From Eledone cirrhosa (lineage: Eukaryota): 64,000 nt of DNA. Below, piece by piece: positions 39,669 through 51,809 of this stretch; within the stretch, counting starts at the first letter, position 1, and each line of letters opens with the position of its first letter. The stretch is taken from contig OZ024741.1 in the NCBI GenBank assembly GCA_964016885.1, positions 364,250,001 to 364,314,000 on the forward strand. Direction: 5' to 3'. Made by a program: the position numbers and the translations under genes. The notes below the pieces were generated by a model. It was not told the origin of the DNA. It made no database searches and saw only the letters and a list, made by a program, of their open reading frames with translations.

Positions 39669-39915
39669 CACTCACATACATATACATACATATACATAAT
39701 ATATATATATATGTATATATATATGTATGGTTTGATATATATATATATATATGGGTTCCAAGCCATATTTTCATGTTGAAAATACACTAGTGTCATTTTT
39801 ATTTGATAGTACCATACTTGTTGGTTTTCTCACCAATGTTTACATCATTTGCCAATGTATTGTGGTGAAAGGTATACATATATACATAAATAATACATAC
39901 ATTCATACACATATA

Positions 39916-39997
<82 letters not shown>

Positions 39998-40245
39998 ATG
40001 TGTGTGCATATAACAGGCTTCCACACAATTTCTGTATACTGAAATTTTATTCATGCCAAGGCTTTGGCAGAATCACACCATTCTATCATGTTGATATCAC
40101 ATATATTTACACAAACTGTCACATGCACACACACATACATACCACATGCACACACACATACATACACATGCACACACACACACATATACATACACATGCA
40201 CACACACATACATACACATGCACACACACACATACATACACATAC
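39470..40245. repeat. Compound (TA)n/(CA)n/(TG)n microsatellite block
   Basis: Direct inspection. Confidence 0.9.
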
Positions 40246-40269
40246 TTCTTCTGTGGTTTGTTGAATCAG

Positions 40270-40560
40270 TGATGATGTTCCCCCTGGTAACGTCTCCACA
40301 CATATGCTCTCTCGTGTGAATTCAGGCCGATCTGGGATCTGCACTTGCTGCTGTAAATATCACATCTATAGACTGTTGTAGAGGTTGAAGTGCTGTTGTG
40401 CTCATGTTCCATGTGAGATAAGCGTTGGCAAGCCTCGTCTACTCTGAGTATCTATATCACAGTAATTCCTTGGGGGATTGTCGCTTACCTGACCTTCCTG
40501 TCCATAGCTAGGGTTTGCCAATCTGCCCATGGTATTTGACATTTGTTCAGTGTATTGCAA
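40270..40560 (-). mobile_element. BovB-like RTE 3' remnant
   Basis: LNKCQIPWADWQTLAMDR then CDIYSSKCRSQIGLNSHER (CxxCxxxCxSRIGLxSHxR finger). Confidence 0.55.
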
Positions 40561-42049
40561 AAATCATAGACACATGCACACATACAGGCCCTATGAGCGG
40601 GGAGGGTGGGTGGGGGGGGGGGGCAGTTGGTACTATGTTCTGGGGCCCAAGAGCTAAGAAGGCCCCACAGCAACATCCATTTTAAGAAAATTCTTTGCCT
40701 ACTTTGGGCCCTGAAGGGGTCAATTTCTCTTGGCGGCCCCACACGCACACACGCCCCCCCCCACACATACGCACACACACACACCAACACACACACACAT
40801 ACACATACACACACATATGCGCTCCCTGCAATTTTTTCTATACTTAATCTTTTGTGACAATATTTCTAATGAAATACATACTAGTTTAATTAATCGATAA
40901 AGAATTTTGAGAGATTTACTTAAATTATTCATTATTTCATTACTAAGATAGTAATTTAAAATATGGTTCTTATATAAAATTATGTTGGAAGATTTAAAAC
41001 TAAATCCAAAGCCATTAAAATGGGTGTTTTTTTCCATAGATCCAGAGCTGGTTTTGGGTGGGTTTATTATGGGTTTATTATAAAAGGGTTAATTCTTTTA
41101 GTGCATATTTGACATTAGACCCTAGTTTTTGTATACTGTAACCTACTATCACTTTCTTCCTGTCTGCCATTAACTACATACAAAATATTTTTTCTCCTAT
41201 AATTTTTTTTCCTTCTCTTCTTTCATATATCTTGACAGAGAATAACTGCCTGGGACTTTGATATTTCTTCCTTTCCTTCGCAGCTTGATGCACTATACAT
41301 GGTGTAGTGGTTAAGGTGTTGATAAGGTTATGGGTTTAATTTCTGAACCAGGTGGCACATTGTGTCCTTAAGCAAGACATTTCATTTCATGTCACTCCAG
41401 TTCAATGTATCTAGTCCAAGGAGTAATCTTGTCATAAACATCCGAGAAACTCCTATGAGATAGGAAGCCAGTTAAATCTACATAGGTGTGAGCTGCGACA
41501 ACAACAACAGTATATTGACTTTGTATTCCTATTTTTTTTTTGTTGGAATTTGCTATGGATTACAGTACTTATCATACTGACTCAGAACAAACTTGTGTAC
41601 ACTGATACTGAATTTTTATGATAGAAAACACTTGTTAAAAGTGTTGAGTTGTATGATCAAACCTCGAATTACATGGCGACATAGCAAACTTTGTAATCGC
41701 GCAGCCATGGCTAGGAACTGTGGATATAGACACTATATGGCTGTCTATATTGTAACTTAATCTACTTAATCTAGCAGCCATTGTCATTTAAAATGTAACC
41801 ACACTGTTATTTATTTATTATATATTTTAGTAAATCTTTCAAAATTCCTTATTGATTAATTGAAATAGAATGTATTTCATTGGAAATACAGTCACAAATG
41901 GGTTAAGAAAGGTTCTTATGATGGTAAGATTTTAGATAAATATAAATATTTCAAAACAAACAGTTTTGTATTTCCTAGCACTAAATATGTATCACAAAGA
42001 ATCACAGCTCAACACAATAAGCACTGAAAATTGTATAGTAAAATAACTA

Positions 42050-42760
42050 ACAAATGCTTATATATGTATATATCCTGTAGCTCCAATAATAATAGATATG
42101 AAACTGAAATTTGGGTACTGGATCTGTAAACTCCTCATCAATGGTTCATAGATATCCTACTGCTTTTGTATTTTTCTTACTAAATTGATATTGAGTGGGC
42201 AGCAGATAGCATGTTTTTAATCTGTGGTCCTAAACAACAATTTCAAGCCAGTTGTGTTTTAATTTAGTGGTAGTTAATACTTTTAGGTTCCATCAGTATT
42301 CCTTTGAGCCATCACTCTCAACATATTTCTCTGTATTTGTTGTTATTTTTCTCTTGCATAGTGTGTTCCAGATTATTCTGGCTACTACTTCATGCCTCAT
42401 AGGAAGTTAGTAATGAGATTACATTCTTTCACAGTTGGCGATAATGTGGCTAACATCTCCAGTATTCATTTTACACAGCCTACATTTATTGTTAACTGCT
42501 GACATACCTCTTTTGAGCAGTAGGTACTTATGGGGATTTCTTGTCTCTGGATTGCATGGAGGTATCCTTCAAGATGAACTTGTTGGAACTCTGTGTCAGG
42601 ATTTTAGTGTGGTTTATCCCTCTAAGGTCAGCATTTTTTGCTTCAAGTACTCATGTACAACCTTCTCAGTGAAGTGGTTTATTTTCTTATTTTGTTTGAG
42701 CATTGAGTAGAGCTTTCCAATGTTCCTGGGCAAGAGTTCTGTGTCAGCTTTGTATCTTTT
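42050..42760 (-). mobile_element. Decayed R4/Dong-clade non-LTR retrotransposon (CCHC finger + restriction-like endonuclease)
   Basis: KCRLCKMNTGDVSHIIANC...RHEVVARIIW...LKHNWLEIVV (cf. HNRPDIVV). Confidence 0.6.
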
Positions 42761-42789
42761 AGCATTATATATTATTGTGTTCTTTCATT

Positions 42790-43290
42790 ATCCCTTCTGT
42801 TAGATTGAAGTATTCTGAGATAGTTCTCACTTCTGCCCAGGTATTTTTCAGTCTTCTTCTTTTGCAACTTCATTCTACTGGGAGTTCTTTGCATTTCTTC
42901 ATCCAAAGATTATCATCCATATGAATTACATGTCTAGTGTAATCTTTTCTCTTGTACACTGCATCTTATTTCTTTTTATGCATAGTTTTTGTCTTAGCTC
43001 ATTTGTCCTTCATCATTCATGCACATTAACATTACACATCCAGTAGAGCTTGCTTGAATTGTTTCTCTCCAGCCTTCCCTTTAACTCTGCATTTATTGTC
43101 CATGTTTCACTTCGCATGCAAGCATAATACAACCTATTCTTTATTGTTAACAGGAACAGTAGCTTCCTGAACTTTGTCCACTCTGTTCTTATTCTAGTGA
43201 CTATGCTTTCAGAGCAATGCAACCTCCCACACTGTTAATTAGGTCACATAGGCAACAAAAACTATTAATTACATCTATGGAACCTTCTGT
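42790..43290 (-). mobile_element. Old RTE ORF C-terminal fragment
   Basis: CSESIVTRIRTEWTKFRKLL...SETW...LERN similar to the intact RTE. Confidence 0.75.
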
Positions 43291-44389
43291 ATCGCACATT
43301 TCAAAAATAGATATCAAATAATACAATATTTATAAGTATTCAGGCATCTTATAATAGTAAAAAGAGACTATCAACATAGATTTTCTTCTATTGTTTCATC
43401 CCCAAAGTATATCAGCACACACTTATCAACAGCCTGTTCAACATGGCCCTATAGCTAATCCTCATCAACAAAGGTGCAAAATACAGGTAGTGGAAACCAA
43501 ATGTGGACTCTACAAAGCTTAGTCAACAGCACCTCATATAAAGCCTCAAACTATATGTGCTCTACATGTAGCCATTATTTCTATGCCAGAATCCTTCTTA
43601 TTGGCTATCTATAGTCACATAACAATTAATTGTGTAGTAAAAATCATGGTTATTATTGACTAGCTTCTATATATTGACTAGCACACTATTGATGTTTCCA
43701 AACATCAGAAATTTCATCCACTTAATTAAGACAACAATGGATATTCAATGCAGTCACTTAACTTGATAGAAATATCAGCCAAATCTCCCTCATTACACAT
43801 TATTGTTTGAAAAGGGAAGGATACATTAAACAATGCAGTCAAAGTTAATCCTAAAAGCTAGTATGGTCATGGCTAAGATGCTTTGGATCATAGGTTTATT
43901 TCATTATATTCGACCTGGGGCTAAAAAAATGACTAAAACAATACCTAATTTTCTAGAATGTCATAATCACACTGTAGGTAAGATTACACAGACAAGTTAA
44001 AGTAGGTTTTTAGTTACTATAGACTTATCCCTCACCCAAACCTTTTGTTTTTTGAATTACAATAAACATGAAATGAAGATAATTCAAAGAAAGAAGTCAA
44101 TCATTAAATTAGACTAAGAAAACAATGTTTCCATTAGTCTTCCCATTGCTGACACTATCTGCTGATCACAACTCCCAGCAGAAGTGTCACTATTTTTCCA
44201 GTGACAGGTGGCAGGATTTGAACTCAGAATGCACAGCACTGGAACAGATACCACAAAGCATCACTTTAACAATTCTGCCAATTCATCATCTTCTGTTAGT
44301 TTTATTAATTGACTCTGAAAAATATGAAAGACAAAGTTGACCTTAGCTGGATGTGAACTCAGAGAGCTGGAAGAAAGACTTAGGCAGCT

Positions 44390-44785
44390 TAATAATGGTT
44401 TCTGATTTAGGCACAAGGCCAACAATTTTTAGGGAAAGGGAAAGTCAATAAAATCGCTCCCAGTGCATTACTGGTATTTTATTTTATTGATTCCGTAAGG
44501 ATCAAAGGAAAAGCTAACCTTGACAGGACGTTGTTCGATGCTCTACCAAATCTGCCAATCCACTGCCCTTCAAAGTTATCTAATAATGATTTCTATTATA
44601 GGCACAAGGCCATTTGTGGGGAGGGGAAAGGTTGTTATATCGACCCTAGTACGTGACTGGTACTTTATTTTATCGACTCTGAAGGATGAAAGGCAAAGTA
44701 GACCTTGGCGGTATTTGAACTCAGAATGTAAAATACTGGAATAAATGCCGCAAAACACTAATAGTTCTGCCAATCCCCTGCCCTA
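44390..44785 (-). mobile_element. Two tandem SINE family 1 copies
   Basis: Family 1 body and tail, duplicated AAAGTTATCTAATAAT flank. Confidence 0.75.
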
Positions 44786-46479
44786 AAGTTATCTAATAAT
44801 AAAACTATTTATTGCTTAATAACAAAATAACAGCAAAAAAATATAGCAGGAATAGTACAAACTGCCTTTGGTTTTATAATACAAAATTGTTTATCTTATA
44901 GTGTTTATATTTATCTAAAATATCGTCCATCATAATTTCATGTGAGAATCTTTGTTAAGTTATGTTCCAAACACTAGCTTAATAATATGGAAACTGGTTA
45001 TATTACTAAATCCTTCCAAATTCTTGATTATCTTCATGATTAATTGAAAAACATAGGCATCTCCAATACTTTTACAAGGGTAGTCCCCAGCATGACCTCA
45101 GCCGGATGGCTGGAACAAGTAAAAGAGTAATCTCTATCATTAAAAATATGGAAATGAAATGGTTAAGGTGTTCGCTTGGAAACCATGTGGTTTCCGATTA
45201 AGTACGGGGGGGTCGATATTATCGACTAAATCCATCTTTTCAAGCTGGTGCCCTAGCATGGCCGCAGTCTAATAACTGAAAGCAGTAAAATAATAAAAGA
45301 TCTAAATAAATGAACAATCAAACTACCCAAATAATTGTGAATGTAATAATGAAATTTTCTGAAAGAAATGAAACTGTGCAATACAATAAAAGATTATTTT
45401 CAGTAACTAAAATGATTATTACGAAATGTATTTAGAAATCCATATTTAGTTATTGATTAATTACACATGTTTTTATCACATTCAAAAGTAAAATTAATCT
45501 TACTCTACAAAAGATTCATTTTAATGTAATATAAAAAAAAATCAATCGTTATTCTGCTTTGGTGGTAGTATTGTCCACAAGTAGTCATATATAGTCAGTC
45601 TCCTCATGTACGTTGCTATGAATATTCATAAATCTTTGACTTGAAGTTTACCGGAAATTTCACAGATTTACACCTGTTTTAGATTAATATAATTCTTATA
45701 TAGGTATTGTAGTAATTTTGTTAAAAAAAAAGATTGAGGAAAAATTGAGTAAATATATTTTGTCTGAAGTTCTAGGATGGAAGGCTTTTCATTGTTATAC
45801 AATATAAAGTGATTGGTTTTAGGAAGGGCATCCATTTAGCTGTAGAAATCATGTCAAACAGGGTTGAGAAGACTTTAATTGGGGATAGGACATGACAACC
45901 TCCCTAGTGTGGCCAGTACACTCTGTATTGTTGCTGAAGAAGAGTGTCTCAATAAAAGGCAGCCAGTGCATATTGTTAAGTTGTTATAGAAACCATACCA
46001 AAACCCAAACCAGGCAGGTTAGTACCAAAAGGGTTAAAAGTTAGCATGAAGTTAGCATGGTGTCTAGAGTTTCTAAAATTTATGAAAGTATTAATATTAG
46101 TTGTGATGTCAATGAATCATTAAGGAGTGGTGTAGCAGGTATGTTCCTTGATATGTGCTGTGTCTGGCTGCTGTTGAATGAGAATGATGACTATGTTGTG
46201 TCCTCATTAGAGAATGTTTTCAAGATTTGTTTTCATGGAAGTAATGCTTGTTTAAGGTGTGAGGTTTCTTAGCTGTGTGTGGATAATAATAACATGTGTG
46301 TGGAAAAAGTTATTGAGGAGTGAATATATATCATCTGCATAGGAATGTGTATGCATGTGTATGTGTGTGTGTGTGTGTGCATGTATGTCACTGTCTGACA
46401 GTGACGTTTTTTTATGTCCTGTATAAACTTTGGCCTAGCAATTCAATGTGTAAAGATCAGTACCTTATTTTAAAAAAAC

Positions 46480-46685
46480 CCACCACCACCATCACCATCA
46501 TCATCATCATCATCATCATCACCACCATCATCATCATCACCATCATCATCATCACCATCATCATGACCATCATCATGACCATCATCATCATCACCATCAT
46601 CATCACCATCATCATCACCATCATCATCATCATCATCATCATCACCACCACCACCACCACCTTCATCATCATCATCATCATCATT
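46480..46685 (+). repeat. (ATC/ACC)n tract, an expanded tail of a minus-strand RTE 3' end at 46680-46800
   Basis: Followed by TTCCATGCTGGCATGGGTTGGATGG. Confidence 0.8.
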
Positions 46686-47172
46686 TCCATGCTGGCATGG
46701 GTTGGATGGGTTTTCATGTTCTGAGAAGTCAGATGACGATGTTTTGATTATGCATTTCATTTTGATATAGTTTCTATGGCTAAATGCCCTTCCTAATGCT
46801 GCAGTATCAGTAGAGGGTTGGATGCCATGCTTTGCAGCATAGAGTTACGTTCCTTTGCAGTCTGAGTTCAAATCCTGCCGAGGTTAACTTTGCCTTTCAT
46901 CCTTACGTGGTCGATAAAATAAAGTACCAGTAATGCACTGGGATAATTGCTGGCCTTGTGCCAAAAAGTAGAAACAATTATATACTTAGTGCATTTTATT
47001 GTGACACTGGCATTATCACTTTATAACATGGACTGGGTACATTTTATCATATTTATATGTATCTAAAAAACTTTCCATCCTAAATCTCTCTAAGAAACTT
47101 TATGTTCTGCTCCAAACACCAGATAAATAATGAGAAAGTTAGTTATGTTAATAAATCTCTCCAAATTCTTAA

Positions 47173-47692
47173 CCATTTAGCATTTACATTACTCTATATA
47201 TACTATTGTGGAGGCACGTAGCCTAGTGGTAAGGGTGTTGGACTTACGATCATAATGTCGTGGGTTTGATTCCTGGATTGCGTGTTGTGTTCTTGAGCAA
47301 AACACTTAATTTCATGTTGCTCCAGTATACTCAGCTGAAAATGAGTAACAGCAATAGCTGGGGGTTTAACTTTGCAATGGACTGGCGTCCTGTCCAGGGG
47401 GGAAGTCTTGTACTCTCAGTCGCTTCATGCCATGAAACCAGGATAAGCACTGGCCAAATGAGTCTTCTGGCTTAAGAGAGACTTTAGATTTTAGATATAT
47501 ACTATTATATTTTCATGATAAAAGCTTTACCTCACATAATTATCTCACATAATATCGAATCTATGAGATTTTGATATTATTTATTTTAAGAACAATACCT
47601 TAACATCCATAGGAGTGGCCAGTTACGGCCAGTTTGAACAGAAAGAAGTGAGAGAATTCTGGCCAGATACAATCGGTTTAAATGCTAAAGGG
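47173..47692 (+). mobile_element. piggyBac-type MITE B containing a SINE, nested in MITE A
   Basis: TTAA TSDs at 47169-47172 and 47693-47696. Confidence 0.75.
47208..47494 (+). mobile_element. SINE family 2, full length with 12-bp TSD
   Basis: TSD ATATATACTATT at 47196-47207 and 47495-47506; tRNA-like head. Confidence 0.85.
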
Positions 47693-48934
47693 TTAATTAT
47701 TTTTAGAATGATTTGAACATTATAGGCAGTGTCTTTCATTCGAAATATAGTAACTAAAGGGTTAATACAGCCACAAAGTAATTTCCTAAAAGAAAAGGAA
47801 ATAAAAAATAATTTCCTTTTAGGAGCAATATAAATCTAAAAATAATACTAGTTAGATGAATAATTGTTTTTCAGTTTTTGTTTTAATTTAACAAAGGTGC
47901 TTAAGTAAAATTGTGATGGGATGTACTTTATTTTTGTATTTGTTTTGCAAGATTATAGATGTCTGATGATGTGTTGAAATAGATATTGTACTTTGAGAAG
48001 GTCATTCTGCCATTTTAATTGGCCACATGACCCTCCTGAAGTACAGCAATATGACGGAAGGTTTCTAAACGTATAAAGACTTTAAACTAAACAGCCTAGT
48101 ATTATATAACCAGGAATGGGTTTAGGCAGCTTAGTATCAAATGGGTTAAGGTTATGTATTTATTTTTATTTGCTTTTACATATGTGTTGTGAAATTACTT
48201 TCTTGCCAAAATTGGATATTTTAGTGTAAAAGTATTGAGTAAATAAGAACTAAGATTAGATTTGCTTCACAGAGAAAACATATTCATTTCGGATTGTCAT
48301 TTATAAATTCCATTCAGCATCTTTGTAAGAATCTTTATTAAGTTATGCTCCAAATACCAGTGGCTAGTGTATTTCATTGGAAATATTGTTACAAAAGGCT
48401 TAAATCACATCCTTCTACCGGAAAATATAAATAATATATTGGTTATTGGCAAGATGTGCACAGGGCAACAAAATCGTCCTGCATGCACTCATCATATGTC
48501 TGAGTATTTCTGACTTGTCGTGTGTAGGATGGTGTGCAGGGTGACAAAACCATCCTGCATGCACTCGTCATATGTCCGAGTATTTCTGACTTGTTGTGTG
48601 TAGGATGACTATCAACTGAGTCCATCATGAAGATCACTTTGCTGTCTTCCTTTAGCAGGGAAGGAGAGGCAGTTTTTAACTGCCTGGTGGCTAAGGCTTT
48701 TAATGAAAGATGTAAGGCAATTAGGGACTTCTTTCATCAAAAGTCTTAGGATCCCTGACTTCATAGGCAGTGCCCAAATTTCTACCATCATTAGCACTGC
48801 CTGAATCCTGCATAACATATTGAGCCTCTGTGATCAGGTACTGATCTGAGGTCAATTAACATCAGATAGCAACCGATTGCTAGAGTTTTTGAAAGATGTG
48901 ATTATTATTATTATTATTATTATTATAATAAATA

Positions 48935-49102
48935 CCATATTTCCCGGCGCTGAAGATGCTTCGTCCTCGAGGACGCACCCTAATTTTGACAACCAAAAAT
49001 TTGAAAAAAAATAATAAACAGCCTTCAGCCTTCAGGATGCATGGTAGATTTTTGAGATTTATTTTAGGAAAAAAGTAGCATCTTCGACACTCGGAAATAC
49101 GG
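48935..49102. mobile_element. pogo/Tigger-type MITE
   Basis: TA|CCATATTTCCCG...TCGGAAATACGG|TA. Confidence 0.7.
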
Positions 49103-49518
49103 TAACTAGTGAATGTAACTATTATTTCATATATTAATAGTTGCACTCACTTCCCCTAATTTGAATAATGGTCTAACTAGTCTTACACCCACCTCTCTCT
49201 ATCTCTTTCTAAATAACAACAATAATAACAACAACAGCCCTCAGACTGTGCAAACAGCCTAATTGAAAATTCCAACAATTGCTTCTATCGAAATGCAAGA
49301 AATTTAACATATTTAACATAAGAGGCAGCAGTATCGTTTGTCTGTTCCATATATTACATAGCTTATGAACATGAAAATCTCATCTGTTAAAGACATCTCG
49401 ACAGCTGTCAGAATGAGGAAGTTACTGTTACTATTGCAGCATCTGATAGGTATCATTATGTATTAACTCTGCCTAAAATTGCTCCTGGTTCTAGGATTTA
49501 AAAAAATGTTTGTTTTAA

Positions 49519-49733
49519 CCCTTTGCATTTTCATTACATTTCATTATATTTATTATTGTATTTTCGCAGTAAAGGCTTTATTTTACATAATTTCCTCACA
49601 TAGTATCAAATCTATGAGATTTTGATATTTATTTTGAGAACAATACCTTAACATCAGTATGAGTGGTCGGTTACAGCTGGTTTGAACAGAGAGAGGTGAG
49701 AGAATACTGGCCAGATACAGCCGGTTTAAATGG
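49519..49733 (+). mobile_element. piggyBac-type MITE B
   Basis: TTAA-flanked; same internal sequence as 32500-32714. Confidence 0.7.
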
Positions 49734-50127
49734 TTAAAAAGTTTATGTTTAGAGTTGATAATATAGTCACCACATGCAGATAACTATAATAATTGTTTCC
49801 ACTTTTGGCACCAGGCCAGCAATTATCCCAGTGCATTACTGGTACTTTACTTTATCGACCCCGTAAGGATGAAAGGCAAAGTTAACCTCGGCGGGATTTG
49901 AACTCAGATTGTAGATAACTATAATAATAGTTGATAACTATAAATAATAGTTGAATATATTGGGGGTAAAGTACTTCTGGAGATAGAAGGTGGTGAACAA
50001 TGAAATGAGGAGCTGGAAAACTTTTCATGCTTTGCTGGATGGAACATTTCAGCTGTACCCCGTGGACAAGATTCAAGTAAATCCCTTCAAATTCTCAATT
50101 ATTTTCAAAATTATTTGAAAATTGTCA

Positions 50128-50470
50128 GCAGACATAGCTGTGTAGTTAAGAAGTTTGGCTTTACAATCATGTGATTCTGGGTTCAGTCACACAGTGTGGC
50201 ACCTTGGGCAAGTGTCTTCTATTTTAGCCGTGGGGTCACCAGTACCTTATAAGCTGAATTTGGTAGACAGAAACTGTAGAAACATGTCATGCATACAGTG
50301 TATGTGTTTATGTTCTGTAATTTATTGGTTTGACAAAAAAACAAAGCAAAAAAAAAAATTGTATCAGATTTGAAAAAATAAGTACTGGAGTCAATATGGT
50401 TGATTAAATCAAGGCCCAATGGTTACAATCTAATGGTTACAATCTAATGACTGAAACAAGTAGAAGCATA
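50128..50470 (+). mobile_element. SINE family 3
   Basis: tRNA-like head and GGCACCTTGGGCAAGTGTCTTCT body. Confidence 0.7.
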
Positions 50471-50530
50471 ACAGAGTGTATTTCATGAGAAATATAGTAT
50501 GAAATGGTTAAAGAAACTGTATTCATTATA

Positions 50531-50633
50531 CAAGGTATCCCCCCCAAAATGTATACAAACTGCAACAGCATTCTAATAAATATTGCCTGCACAGGTAATC
50601 AAAGTGTTTATACATTTTTTTTGGGACACCCAT
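50531..50633. mobile_element. Tc1/mariner-type MITE
   Basis: TA|CAAGGTATCCCCCCCAAAATGTATAC...TATACATTTTTTTTGGGACACCCAT|TA. Confidence 0.55.
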
Positions 50634-51134
50634 TATATTTCAACCAAAAGATAACAATTACCACAAAATTTTCAAAAAAGTGTTTTATGTTGGGAAGTAA
50701 CCTAACCCTTTTGATATTACCTGTTCAAAAACTGCCTCTGGTTCTTTGAAACATAGCAACCCATTTTAAAGTGATCCAATTTAAATTAAAACTTCTCACC
50801 ATAATTTGATATAAGAACCTTTTGTTAAATTATGTTACAAATACCATCTTAATAATGAAATAATTTAATAATTCTAGTAAATCGCTCCAAATTCTTCATC
50901 AAGTAATTCTAATAATGTAAATTTCATTAGGAATGCAGTCATAAAAAAATATATTAAGAAAAAAATCTATGAAGATTGCCTGTAGGTCAGCTCCAATTTC
51001 CTTAGTTGATAATTTAATATGATATTCAATAGGATTCTTACATTTGATAATTGAAATTTTAAATTAGCATGATTGTGTGATTAAGGAGCTCACATTGCAA
51101 CCTCATAGTTTCAGGTTCTTCATGTCATTTTGGA

Positions 51135-51400
51135 GACATTTGACTTTGAAAGAAATATATGCCGGCCTCCCACATATCTGTAAAAGGAGAGTAAGCTTTG
51201 CTGCCCACTGCCATCGCGCCACCTATGAGGCTGTCCCCCCACTAGTGCTTTGGAAACCACAAGCAGTCACTATCCCGATGTCATCTCCAGAGATTCTGGT
51301 ATTGAAATCCAGGACTTGGCAACAGCAATGAATAACAGACCCACGTGTAGATCAATTGTTGAGTCTATTTTGGCTGAGGCTGTTGGATGTTGATGATGAT
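51135..51400 (+). mobile_element. RTE/RTEX-like 3' remnant inserted in a family-3 SINE
   Basis: KRRVSFAAHCHRA...LVLWKP followed by a TGA tail. Confidence 0.55.
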
Positions 51401-51809
51401 CATATATATGTGTGTATGTCTGTGTGTGTTTGTGTGTGTGTCCATGCCTTTGTTTATGTTTACTGTTTGTTTATATCCTGTAACTTTGAGGTTCAACAAA
51501 AAGAGATTGATAAAATAAGCACCATACTTTAAAAAATAACTGGACTGATATGATTAACTAAATCCCTTTGAGGTGATGATCTAGCATGGCTGTTGTATAA
51601 CAACTGAAACCAGTAAAAGAATATCATCATCATCATTGTAAATGTGAATGCCGTTAGGAAGGGCATCCAGCCAAAGAAACCTAGCCAGAAACAGTTCTAT
51701 ATGAGCAAGACACGGTCACCTGACCCAACTTACCTATAATGGGATAACCCATCTAACCTATGCTAGTGTGGAAAATTGACGTTGAACAATGATGATCATC
51801 ATCATTAAT

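Noticed and set aside
46470-46760. Asp/Gly-rich acidic protein ORF
   Set aside because: Expanded (ATC)n retroelement tail
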